This document shows, in pieces, positions 7,298 to 14,907 of a DNA stretch of 34,489 bases (its first letter is position 1; each line of letters starts with the position of its first letter). A model generated the notes under the pieces. It saw only the letters and a list, made by a program, of their open reading frames with translations, was not told the DNA's origin and made no database searches. This DNA is from a virus: the IMG/VR virus record IMGVR_UViG_3300024518_000018, positions 1 through 34,489 of that record; one strand, written 5' to 3'. The position numbers and the translations under genes are program-made.

Positions 7298-7735
7298 ATG
7301 AACAATTATATTTTTAATGATAGCTGGACACCTATGAACTTTGCTGAAATGTTCAAGTCGATGAGATTAAAAAAAGGCATAACACAACAAGATGCGGTAA
7401 ATGCAACAAACGTATCAGCCGTCAGTTACTACTCACAAGTTGAACTAAGGCTTAAGAAACCGCCACCATATGACAAGTTGATAGATCTTATTGATTTACT
7501 AGACATTAATGCCGACTCTAAAAGGCTTGAGTTTTTGCATGTTGCATTTAGAGAAAGATTATCCGATGGCGATCACAAGCTATTGATGGACATCCAAGAC
7601 ACAAGAAAGAGATTAATGAAAAATAGGAATTTCGATGTAGATGAATCGTTAATAAATATTATGGATATTTTGAGCGATGTAGATCATGACAAGTATCCGT
7701 TAGTGGAAGAATTATTGAAACATTTTAAAAAATAA
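7298..7735 (+). CDS. XRE-family HTH regulator, paralog 1 (CI-like candidate)
   Basis: GGAGG at 7285-7289 favours the ATG at 7298 over the track start at 7289. It has an HTH (LKKGITQQDAVNATNVSAVSYYSQVE) and a C-terminal domain shared with the next gene (LEFLHVAFRERLS..., IMDILSDVDHDKY). Confidence 0.7.
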   Translation: MNNYIFNDSWTPMNFAEMFKSMRLKKGITQQDAVNATNVSAVSYYSQVELRLKKPPPYDKLIDLIDLLDINADSKRLEFLHVAFRERLSDGDHKLLMDIQDTRKRLMKNRNFDVDESLINIMDILSDVDHDKYPLVEELLKHFKK

Positions 7736-7749
7736 AGGAGTAAGCTGTG

Positions 7750-8172
7750 ATGAGCGAAGCGATAAAAATGACTGAAGGAAAGAACAAATTTGGAAATCTA
7801 ATCAAACAGGTTAGGACCGAAAACAAAACATCTCAAGTCCAACTAGCCAAACAAATGGGATGGAGTGGGAATAATATTGTCTCTGAAATAGAGTCAAACA
7901 ATTATGTACCAAGCTACCCGAAGATAATGGAATTGATGACGGAACTAAATATAGACCACAAACACGAGCAGTTAGAGTTCTTGCACCTATCGTTCATAGA
8001 GAAGCTGTCTGTGGACAACAAACGCCATTTACAGGCCATAAACGACCTAAGAAAAGAATGTCACAATGAAGAGGATTTTCCCCCGCAATTAATAAAAATA
8101 ATTGATCTTTTAGCAGACGCAAGCCATGATGACTATGAGCTAATCCACAGCCTACTGAATAGGATGATCTAA
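7750..8172 (+). CDS. XRE-family HTH regulator, paralog 2
   Basis: The start is the ATG at 7750 or the GTG at 7747, after GGAG at 7737-7740. Same two-domain layout as paralog 1 (LEFLHLSFIEKLS..., IIDLLADASHDDY). Confidence 0.7.
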   Translation: MSEAIKMTEGKNKFGNLIKQVRTENKTSQVQLAKQMGWSGNNIVSEIESNNYVPSYPKIMELMTELNIDHKHEQLEFLHLSFIEKLSVDNKRHLQAINDLRKECHNEEDFPPQLIKIIDLLADASHDDYELIHSLLNRMI

Positions 8173-8301
8173 ATTATCAGAATAGCCATACCTGCGAAAA
8201 TTGAGCATATTAATGAATTTATTTGTTTTTGAATTTGGCTTCTTTTTGGTTTCCAATCTAACGAGTTTCACTACCTTTTTAGAGTCGCTTATTTTTATCA
8301 T
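8152..8301 (-). CDS. Possible 49-aa basic ORF (absent from the ORF track)
   Basis: A strong AAGGAG lies 5 nt before the ATG at 8301. Translation: MIKISDSKKVVKLVRLETKKKPNSKTNKFINMLNFRRYGYSDNLDHPIQ. It overlaps the convergent end of paralog 2 by 21 nt. Function unknown. Confidence 0.25.
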   Translation of the reverse strand: MIKISDSKKVVKLVRLETKKKPNSKTNKFINMLNFRRYGYSDNLDHPIQ

Positions 8302-8340
8302 TTAATCTCCTTGAATTTTCTATTAGGCACTCCTTGTATA

Positions 8341-8369
8341 TTAACACAATCCAGAATTTGTTGTAATAT
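8341..8369 (+). promoter_or_regulatory. Candidate integrase promoter
   Basis: TTAACA (8341-8346), 17-nt spacer, TAATAT (8364-8369), 65 nt upstream of the int ATG. Confidence 0.4.
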
Positions 8370-8433
8370 ATAGGCTATCGACTGCGCTAGGGGCAAAATC
8401 GATATATATAAATTAGAGCTTGGTGGTGAATCA

Positions 8434-9450
8434 ATGGCTTATATAACACAAAATCGTGGGTGTTGGGGAATATACGAACGGTACAAATCCGAAAGTGGCC
8501 AATGGCGAAACAAATTAGTCCTTTCAATTGGACGTGTGGGTAAAAGAAAGGCTAACTTTGCTTTTGATGAATGGAAAGAAAATGGGGATTCCAATTCTAA
8601 CAACATAACATTTCAAAAAATAATAGAAGACTTTCAAGAGGATCTCGACTTAAATGTTAAGGAAGGGATTATTAAACCAACAACTGTAAAACTACATCAC
8701 TATTTTCTTGAACGATATATTATTTACTTTGCTGAAAAAAAAGTAAGTCCAATCGATATAAAATATAAAAAGATCCAAGAATTTAAAGTTCACCTAAAAA
8801 CTTTTACACTAAGCAATAGGACTAAAAATCTTATCCTTTCTACCCTATCAAAGCTTCTTAGATATTGTGTGAAATGTGAAATAATTCCACAAATGCCCAT
8901 TATTGAGAAATTCAAAGAAAATAAGAACAATGAGATACAAAGATTAACATTGGAGCAATGCAAAATAATATTACAACACAGTTCAAGCAATTTGAAATTT
9001 TACATTTCATTTTTGTTATTTTCTGGTGTTAGGCCATACGAGTTTCTAAATTTGAAATGGAAAAACATAGACTTGAAAAATAGAACTATTAAAATTTATT
9101 CAGACAACAAAAACAAAGGTGAGGGAAGGTTAGGATATAGAGAAATTCTAATGCACAGGAATTTGTATGACCTTCTTATTACAAGTGAAGACACTACAGG
9201 AAATGTTTGTCCCTATAGTAGAACGGATTCCACCAAAAACGCATTTAGAACCCTACAACAAAAGACAGACATTAAGGCTACACCTTACATATTCAGAAAA
9301 ACATTTGCGTCTCTAGCAGCCGAAAACGGGGTACCTTTAGATAAGCTTGCACATTATATGGGAAATTCTGCTGCTATCTTAGAAAAATACTATACGAAAA
9401 TAGATGCACAATCTTATGAAAAGGATATAGCCTTGATACCGAGCATTTAA
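8434..9450 (+). CDS. int: Tyrosine recombinase/integrase
   Basis: 338 aa. Arm-type N-terminus. Catalytic-domain landmarks: FSGVRPYEFLNLKW (Arg), FRKTFAS (Arg), HYMGNS (His), EKYYTK (Tyr). Confidence 0.9.
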   Translation: MAYITQNRGCWGIYERYKSESGQWRNKLVLSIGRVGKRKANFAFDEWKENGDSNSNNITFQKIIEDFQEDLDLNVKEGIIKPTTVKLHHYFLERYIIYFAEKKVSPIDIKYKKIQEFKVHLKTFTLSNRTKNLILSTLSKLLRYCVKCEIIPQMPIIEKFKENKNNEIQRLTLEQCKIILQHSSSNLKFYISFLLFSGVRPYEFLNLKWKNIDLKNRTIKIYSDNKNKGEGRLGYREILMHRNLYDLLITSEDTTGNVCPYSRTDSTKNAFRTLQQKTDIKATPYIFRKTFASLAAENGVPLDKLAHYMGNSAAILEKYYTKIDAQSYEKDIALIPSI

Positions 9451-10001
9451 ATGGGGCTTTGTAGAGAGAGCTAACCTATAAGAACTTAATTCAAAATGTT
9501 TTATATTTTAACAACACATGTCTAATGAAAAATTTTAATGATGAAAAAAAACTCTCTCTACAAATGATATGAGAAATACTTGACTGGCTGTGTTCCCTCA
9601 CATCTTATTTTAGGAATTGATGATTGGAGTTATCAATAACCTGTCTATAATTATAGTAAAAGCTGTTATAATTGTCAATTGAACTGTTTTTGCACTGTTT
9701 TGATGAAATATAAAAAAACATAAAAAAAATAATATTGAGGCTAATATCATATATAATGTAACCTTGATTTAATAAATAACCTTTTGATTAATAATCAAAA
9801 CTCACGATAATCTACCGTAAAATAGTTTTAGGAGTTTATTTTTTACGATATTTAACGCTTTCTTTTAGAGATCCAAAATGATTATAATAAATATGCTCCT
9901 CTTGTATGATTTATAACAATCATTTGTTCCCAGCTAAAATCCTAAACTTGCCGAGCTTTTCCTAAACTCGGTTTCAAACTACAGCAAGAGGGGCTACACA
10001 A
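9451..10001. other. Non-coding region next to int; probable attP region
   Basis: No credible ORF on either strand. Structured elements: a 13-bp inverted repeat (9458-9470 / 9552-9564), a 19-bp palindrome ttttgattaataatcaaaa (9782-9800), and direct tcctaaact copies at 9939 and 9960. Confidence 0.5.
9644..9656. promoter_or_regulatory. 13/14 copy of the TCTATAATTATAGA palindrome with no downstream gene
   Basis: tctataattatag at 9644-9656. A TTGACT-17-TCTTAT promoter-like element (9580-9608, plus strand) precedes it. Confidence 0.35.
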
Positions 10002-10373
10002 CTAAAGCTTTATTTTGCTTTTAAATTTTTTAGGTAAATCAGGAAAGTCAATTGTCACATTAAATCTTTTTTCTGCCTCTTTTGAAATTGATAAAACCGA
10101 TAAATCTCCCTGCTCCTCATTTAACCTGTCAATCAATTGGTTTTTTATTTCGTTAGTACGTGATTTTTTCAAGAGATCCATTATTTGGCCAGCTACTAAC
10201 CTTTCAAAATACCCATTTATGCGGTCATCTAAAACATTTTTGCTTAGTGATGTTAGCATCTTCACTGCTCCTATCACTTTGATAACGCCCCTCTCAACAA
10301 AATAAAATTTATTTAGTGTCAGGAAACTCGCTAATACTACCCACACTTGATATAAAAGTTTTATGATACTCAT
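10002..10373 (-). CDS. Holin-like membrane protein (start moved to internal ATG)
   Basis: AAGGAG lies 7 nt before the ATG at 10373, which removes the 92-nt overlap of the track ORF. It starts MSIIKLLYQVWVVLASFLTL (TM helix). Last gene after the endolysin. Confidence 0.45.
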   Translation of the reverse strand: MSIIKLLYQVWVVLASFLTLNKFYFVERGVIKVIGAVKMLTSLSKNVLDDRINGYFERLVAGQIMDLLKKSRTNEIKNQLIDRLNEEQGDLSVLSISKEAEKRFNVTIDFPDLPKKFKSKIKL

Positions 10374-10383
10374 AATTTTCTCC

Positions 10384-10839
10384 TTATGGTTTGAATCGTA
10401 ATAAGTCGCCATTTTTTCTATATCTGCAATCAACATGAATCCAGCTAACGACTTCCTCAATCGCTGAAAAGCCAAGATCCTTGTACATAGGAATGATTAA
10501 GTCTCTTATTTCTTGAGCCGTTAAATCATAAGTATGAAAATCGATCGCCCTTCCCATCTGGTGTTGGGAATATTTAATAGTTGGTATTCCGTTACTGAAA
10601 TAATTATACGGCCTAAACCCCCTATAATTAAATTTTCCACCTGTATGCCAATCATTTATTATCATTGGCTTTCCTAAAAAGTCTCTTATTTTTTGTGCAA
10701 CATCTACAATATCCTTCGACATGAACTTATAGAATCCATTAATAAGATAATCATTGTTTTCACCATATTTCTTAATAAGATCGTCATATAGTTCAGGAGG
10801 GATAAACTCTTGAATAATAAAATTATTTGATACTTTCAT
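10384..10839 (-). CDS. Zn-dependent peptidase M15-type endolysin
   Basis: HQMGRAID (H-x6-D) plus WIHVD, the M15 metal-binding arrangement. 151 aa, located at the end of the late operon. Confidence 0.75.
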   Translation of the reverse strand: MKVSNNFIIQEFIPPELYDDLIKKYGENNDYLINGFYKFMSKDIVDVAQKIRDFLGKPMIINDWHTGGKFNYRGFRPYNYFSNGIPTIKYSQHQMGRAIDFHTYDLTAQEIRDLIIPMYKDLGFSAIEEVVSWIHVDCRYRKNGDLLRFKP

Positions 10840-10850
10840 AAACTATACCT

Positions 10851-11663
10851 CTAAGGGAATTTACTTCTAAAAACATTGAGATGGATCGTTCCATAATGTG
10901 ATTGGGTTACTCCTGTAGCTGTTGAAAAAACACCCCCTCCATAAGTTTCAGATATAGGCGTTACAATAATACTAGAGGGATAAGTAGCATGGAGTGAATC
11001 AAAAACATCTAAATCATATGCAATAATTTCACGTATTGTTCCATCCCATATTTCTGTTATTGTAATTTGTCCTGCCTCTTTTAACCAATCTGTAATTAGA
11101 GTACCATCCACAGAAAAATCCATCCAAGCCGAAGGCTTTATAGCAAAAAACTTACCTGTCCCATCATATGTGATACTGGTCATATAATATGAATTTGACA
11201 TCGTGGGTGATGCTGGATCTAATTCAAATGTGCCCCACGCCAATCTAGAGTTATGAGATGAAAAATATAATGTAGAAAAATCACCATTTGCATCTCTTTT
11301 TACTATTGTACTAGGGGAAGGAGAATCTGTTGCAGCTTGTGTATCGGTATATGCAGATGTGAAATTTGTTCTTTCTGTACCTGTTATTATTTCGCCTGAC
11401 CCCACACTACTTATATCACTTAAATCTTTAGGTTCATGATTGGAAATGTCCGAAACAGTACCAGTTACATCTCCTGTTATATCTCCTGTGAAAACACCAC
11501 TTGAATCGATTTTTGTTGTACTATCAATTTCTATACTCGATACATTAATATCTTTTGTTCCTGAATCTAGACCAGTAATTATGTTCTGCAAATTTCCATT
11601 AGCATTTTCTGCATCCAGGGTTTCTCCAGTTGACCATGTTTTATAGGGTGTTATATATGCCAT
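10851..11663 (-). CDS. Tail fibre / receptor-binding protein, paralog 3
   Basis: The N-terminal ~125 aa are shared with the other two paralogs (MAYITPYKTW..., GVFTGDITGDVTGTVSDISNH, GTERTNFTSAYTDTQAA, IVKRDANGDF). The C-terminal half is unique. Confidence 0.7.
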   Translation of the reverse strand: MAYITPYKTWSTGETLDAENANGNLQNIITGLDSGTKDINVSSIEIDSTTKIDSSGVFTGDITGDVTGTVSDISNHEPKDLSDISSVGSGEIITGTERTNFTSAYTDTQAATDSPSPSTIVKRDANGDFSTLYFSSHNSRLAWGTFELDPASPTMSNSYYMTSITYDGTGKFFAIKPSAWMDFSVDGTLITDWLKEAGQITITEIWDGTIREIIAYDLDVFDSLHATYPSSIIVTPISETYGGGVFSTATGVTQSHYGTIHLNVFRSKFP

Positions 11664-11675
11664 AATTTTCTCCTT

Positions 11676-12515
11676 CTAATTTTCATAGATACTTATAAAA
11701 ACGCTACCAGTTGTAGCATAAGGATCGCTAGTTCTTGGAAACTCTGCATAGCTAAATACGCCCGTTGTTATAACCCCTGAAATTGCTTTTAGATATATAT
11801 AGTTATCTGCACTAGACAAATTAGAAAAGGGAAGCACTTTGATTACACCTTCAGGACCACTATCTGCACTACTCACAGTAAGAACCACAGTAAAATCATC
11901 TGTATCAAAATTAGAACCCCCAGGTAATTCTGTTTTTATTTTCCACCATTGATTTACCCCATCCCATACTATTGCATCAGGATCACTTAAAGTACGTGGA
12001 ATATTATATGCTGGATAATTAATAGCGGGTGCAGAAATACTAGTTGTTATATTTGCATATGCTACTGCTGATGATTTACTACTAATATAACGAGCATAAA
12101 TTAAACCATGACCATCGTAGGGATCTACAGATCTTTTTACTATTCTATTTCCAGTAGCCTCATCTGTTGCAATTCCTGTATCGGTATATGCGGATGTGAA
12201 ATTTGTTCTTTCACTGGCACTTATAATAATTCCCGATCCTGCATCTGTCACAAGTTCTGCTGGATCATTTGTAAGGTCAGTTATTGAATGATTGGAAATA
12301 TCTGAAACAGTGCCCGTTACATTTCCTGTTGCATTACCTGTAAAAACACCACTTGAATTGATTCTTGGCGTTCCGTTAATACGTACAGTTTCAACATTAA
12401 TATCTTTTAGTCCCTCAGATAGGCCATCTGTTATTGTGGACACATTTTTATTTAATCGTGAAACGGTTACTTGTTCACCATCAACCCAATCATGATTCTG
12501 TTCTATATACGTCAT
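11676..12515 (-). CDS. Tail fibre / receptor-binding protein, paralog 2
   Basis: Same N-terminal module (GVFTGNATGNVTGTVSDISNH, SERTNFTSAYTDT). The C-terminus is unrelated to the others. ATGA overlap with paralog 1. Confidence 0.7.
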   Translation of the reverse strand: MTYIEQNHDWVDGEQVTVSRLNKNVSTITDGLSEGLKDINVETVRINGTPRINSSGVFTGNATGNVTGTVSDISNHSITDLTNDPAELVTDAGSGIIISASERTNFTSAYTDTGIATDEATGNRIVKRSVDPYDGHGLIYARYISSKSSAVAYANITTSISAPAINYPAYNIPRTLSDPDAIVWDGVNQWWKIKTELPGGSNFDTDDFTVVLTVSSADSGPEGVIKVLPFSNLSSADNYIYLKAISGVITTGVFSYAEFPRTSDPYATTGSVFISIYEN

Positions 12516-13270
12516 GGCGATCCTTCACCTAATATCTGAAGAAATAAAATAGCCTTTTCTGTCCCAGTGCTATCTGCAAGTTGAAAGGTACCACTTGAAT
12601 CTTCCCCTTTCCTTAGAACTATTTTTGTTTTTCCTCCCGAAATTTTTGTATATGAAAAAGAAATTATTGGTGATTCCATTTCAACAGGAGTTAAATGAAC
12701 TATATAAGATCTACTATTTAAGGCTGGATCAATCTCAAAATAAGGTGAACTATAAGTAATTGTACTTGTGAGAGGTGATCCATCAGTAAGTCTATATTCA
12801 TTATGGATAGCTGGGGCTGCGGGATCTAAATAAAGATATGCTGATGAAATTAAAGTATTTATAGCTAAAGCATTGCGGGCAGAAAATAAATTTCCAGCAC
12901 CTCTTTCAACAATGGAAGTAGGGCTTGTATCAGTATAGGACGCAGCTTGCGTATCGGTATATGCAGATGTGAAATTTGTTCTTTCTGTACCCGATATAAT
13001 AATTCCAGAACCTGCATCCGTTATATCACTTAAACCTGTAGCCGAATTAGTGGAAATACTTGAAACAGTACCCGTTACATCTCCTGTTATATCTCCTGTA
13101 TAATCACCTAATGCAGTTAGTGCTGTACTCCCATTGATTTTTACACTACCTACATTAATGTCTTTGGTACCATCAGATAAACCATCTGTTATATTTGTAA
13201 TATTTCCGTTCAAATTAGCAGCCGTAATAGCCTCATCAGTCCATGTATGATATTGGGTAATATATGCCAT
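12512..13270 (-). CDS. Tail fibre / receptor-binding protein, paralog 1
   Basis: Same N-terminal module with a unique C-terminal half. The start codon shares 1 nt with the upstream gene's stop. Confidence 0.7.
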   Translation of the reverse strand: MAYITQYHTWTDEAITAANLNGNITNITDGLSDGTKDINVGSVKINGSTALTALGDYTGDITGDVTGTVSSISTNSATGLSDITDAGSGIIISGTERTNFTSAYTDTQAASYTDTSPTSIVERGAGNLFSARNALAINTLISSAYLYLDPAAPAIHNEYRLTDGSPLTSTITYSSPYFEIDPALNSRSYIVHLTPVEMESPIISFSYTKISGGKTKIVLRKGEDSSGTFQLADSTGTEKAILFLQILGEGSP

Positions 13271-14907
13271 TATTCTTCATCTTCCATGATATATTCTCTT
13301 TCTAAAATATTTTCTATTTCTGGTGCAGCTTTCTTTAGTAAGGGCTTTCTTTTTGGTTTTGGTTTTATTCCACTAGCCTCTTGTCTAGCCTTTTTTATAT
13401 ACTTTTTTATACCCTTTTTTCTTGCCCGTTTAAGACTTCCTTTAACTACTTTTTTCCTAATAGGACGTAGAAAAGTACCTACCGTACTCTTTACTATTTC
13501 TAGATTACGACCACCATAAGGAAGGGTTTCCAAAACACCTGGATTTGTACCAAAATGTTTGTTCCATGATGTCCATCCAGAAATTGTATCAAACTCTTTT
13601 AAGGCTCTCTTCGCAGCCTCATTTTTTTTAGTGTTTACTTTTAAAACTCTTCCTATTTCAGTTACTTCTTGGTCTGTAAGGTTCTTCAAAGCAAATTTTT
13701 CTCCACCCCCTAATTCCCCCAAATCATCTGCTTTTTTCCCAAAAGCTTTTAGTTTGTCGTGGATTGATTTTGCTAGTTCATCATATTCTTTAGAAACAGC
13801 CCCTAATTTTTTTCTGAATAGTCTTCTAACTACTTGCATCCCCCTATCTCTTACCGATCCTTTTTTTATAGCAGCGTAATCAATCGCTCCATCTAGTGCC
13901 TTTATATGATTTAATAGCTCTAAAGGAGTCATTTTTGTCGTCCCCTTATCCATCTTGTTAAGGTCCTTAATGATTTTGCCTAAGAGTGGTTTTGATGTAA
14001 ACTCGGTAACTTTTATTCCTGTTTCATCTAATAATGCCAAATCATCGAGTTTAGGCATTATTTCGGATAATAATTCAAGAGGCTCAAACTTAATATCTTC
14101 TGGTATTTTATCTATCGCCTTCTCCATTTTTTTAGCTTCATTTTTATATAAAGCGTTCATTGAATCCCTAAAATCATCCCCAACTTTTTTTATATATTCA
14201 GGTTTATCCAATTGCTCTATGGTTAAAGTTTTATTGCCTAAAGTAGAAGCATTTTCAAACATCTGCTCTTTTACGGTTTTGTACTCGGTATTTGCTACCT
14301 CGTCACCTAATTGCTGATCTTCTAATATTTCTTTAGCTATTTTTTTATCTGTTGCTATTTCTTTTTCCGATTTTCTTAATAGCTTTTTAGCACCTGAAAA
14401 ATCCGTAGGTGCATACTTATCCACTACCTTAGCAAGTTTAGACAAACCTTCCTTAGCCGTAGCCTTAATGGTTTCTCTTTTTGCCATTCCACGAGATATT
14501 GGACCTACCATTCTAAATGCTGCTAAACCAGGAGCTATTGGAGCACCGTATTCCCCAACCTTGTAACCAATCTTTCCTACACCCGTTTTTGGTTCATATT
14601 GTTCTCTTTCTGCAAATTCCCCACTATACCCAATAAGTTGCTTTAGTATGGGCAATTCAGTTTTAGCCATTGCTTCTGCCCCTGCTTGTGCACCTTCTGA
14701 TATTGATAATGCAATGTCCTTTCCTGTTTCTAGTGTCTTCCCTAAAGAAGAACCCATGATTTCTTCTGTAGAAGGCTTATAAGTTTCTTCATTTATTTTA
14801 ATATTTTCTACATATTTTTTTATCTCTATTTCCATTTGATCTAAAGATATATCATCTGGAAAGCTGAGTTCAGTATTATATTCTATAAGGTTGACTTTTT
14901 GACTCAT
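13270..14907 (-). CDS. Lys-rich internal virion / ejection protein candidate
   Basis: 545 aa, third of three large genes between the tail genes and fibre genes. This is the position of T7 gp14-16. No enzymatic motif seen. Confidence 0.45.
   Translation of the reverse strand: MSQKVNLIEYNTELSFPDDISLDQMEIEIKKYVENIKINEETYKPSTEEIMGSSLGKTLETGKDIALSISEGAQAGAEAMAKTELPILKQLIGYSGEFAEREQYEPKTGVGKIGYKVGEYGAPIAPGLAAFRMVGPISRGMAKRETIKATAKEGLSKLAKVVDKYAPTDFSGAKKLLRKSEKEIATDKKIAKEILEDQQLGDEVANTEYKTVKEQMFENASTLGNKTLTIEQLDKPEYIKKVGDDFRDSMNALYKNEAKKMEKAIDKIPEDIKFEPLELLSEIMPKLDDLALLDETGIKVTEFTSKPLLGKIIKDLNKMDKGTTKMTPLELLNHIKALDGAIDYAAIKKGSVRDRGMQVVRRLFRKKLGAVSKEYDELAKSIHDKLKAFGKKADDLGELGGGEKFALKNLTDQEVTEIGRVLKVNTKKNEAAKRALKEFDTISGWTSWNKHFGTNPGVLETLPYGGRNLEIVKSTVGTFLRPIRKKVVKGSLKRARKKGIKKYIKKARQEASGIKPKPKRKPLLKKAAPEIENILEREYIMEDEE

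Noticed and set aside
8434-8451. The integrase begins MAYITQ, the same six residues as tail-fibre paralog 1 (and MAYITP in paralog 3); a possible shufflon or invertible fibre system
   Set aside because: The DNA differs (atggcttatataacacaa versus atggcatatattacccaa). No inverted repeats flank the fibre genes, and the integrase has a normal arm-type N-terminus. I treat it as coincidence.
9451-10001. tRNA or tmRNA gene, or a tRNA 3-prime fragment as the att core
   Set aside because: I found no cloverleaf-compatible arms and no GGTTCGAAT-type T-loop on either strand. This cannot be ruled out without tRNAscan/Infernal or comparison with a host attB.
10015-10305. 96-aa plus-strand ORF opposite the holin-like gene
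   Set aside because: It is a shadow frame of the minus-strand gene, with no RBS and a low-complexity Ser/Phe-rich product.
10851-13270. Diversity-generating retroelement acting on the fibre tips
   Set aside because: There is no reverse transcriptase anywhere in the genome and no template/variable repeat pair with adenine-specific differences. The shared DNA is in the conserved shaft, not the variable tips.
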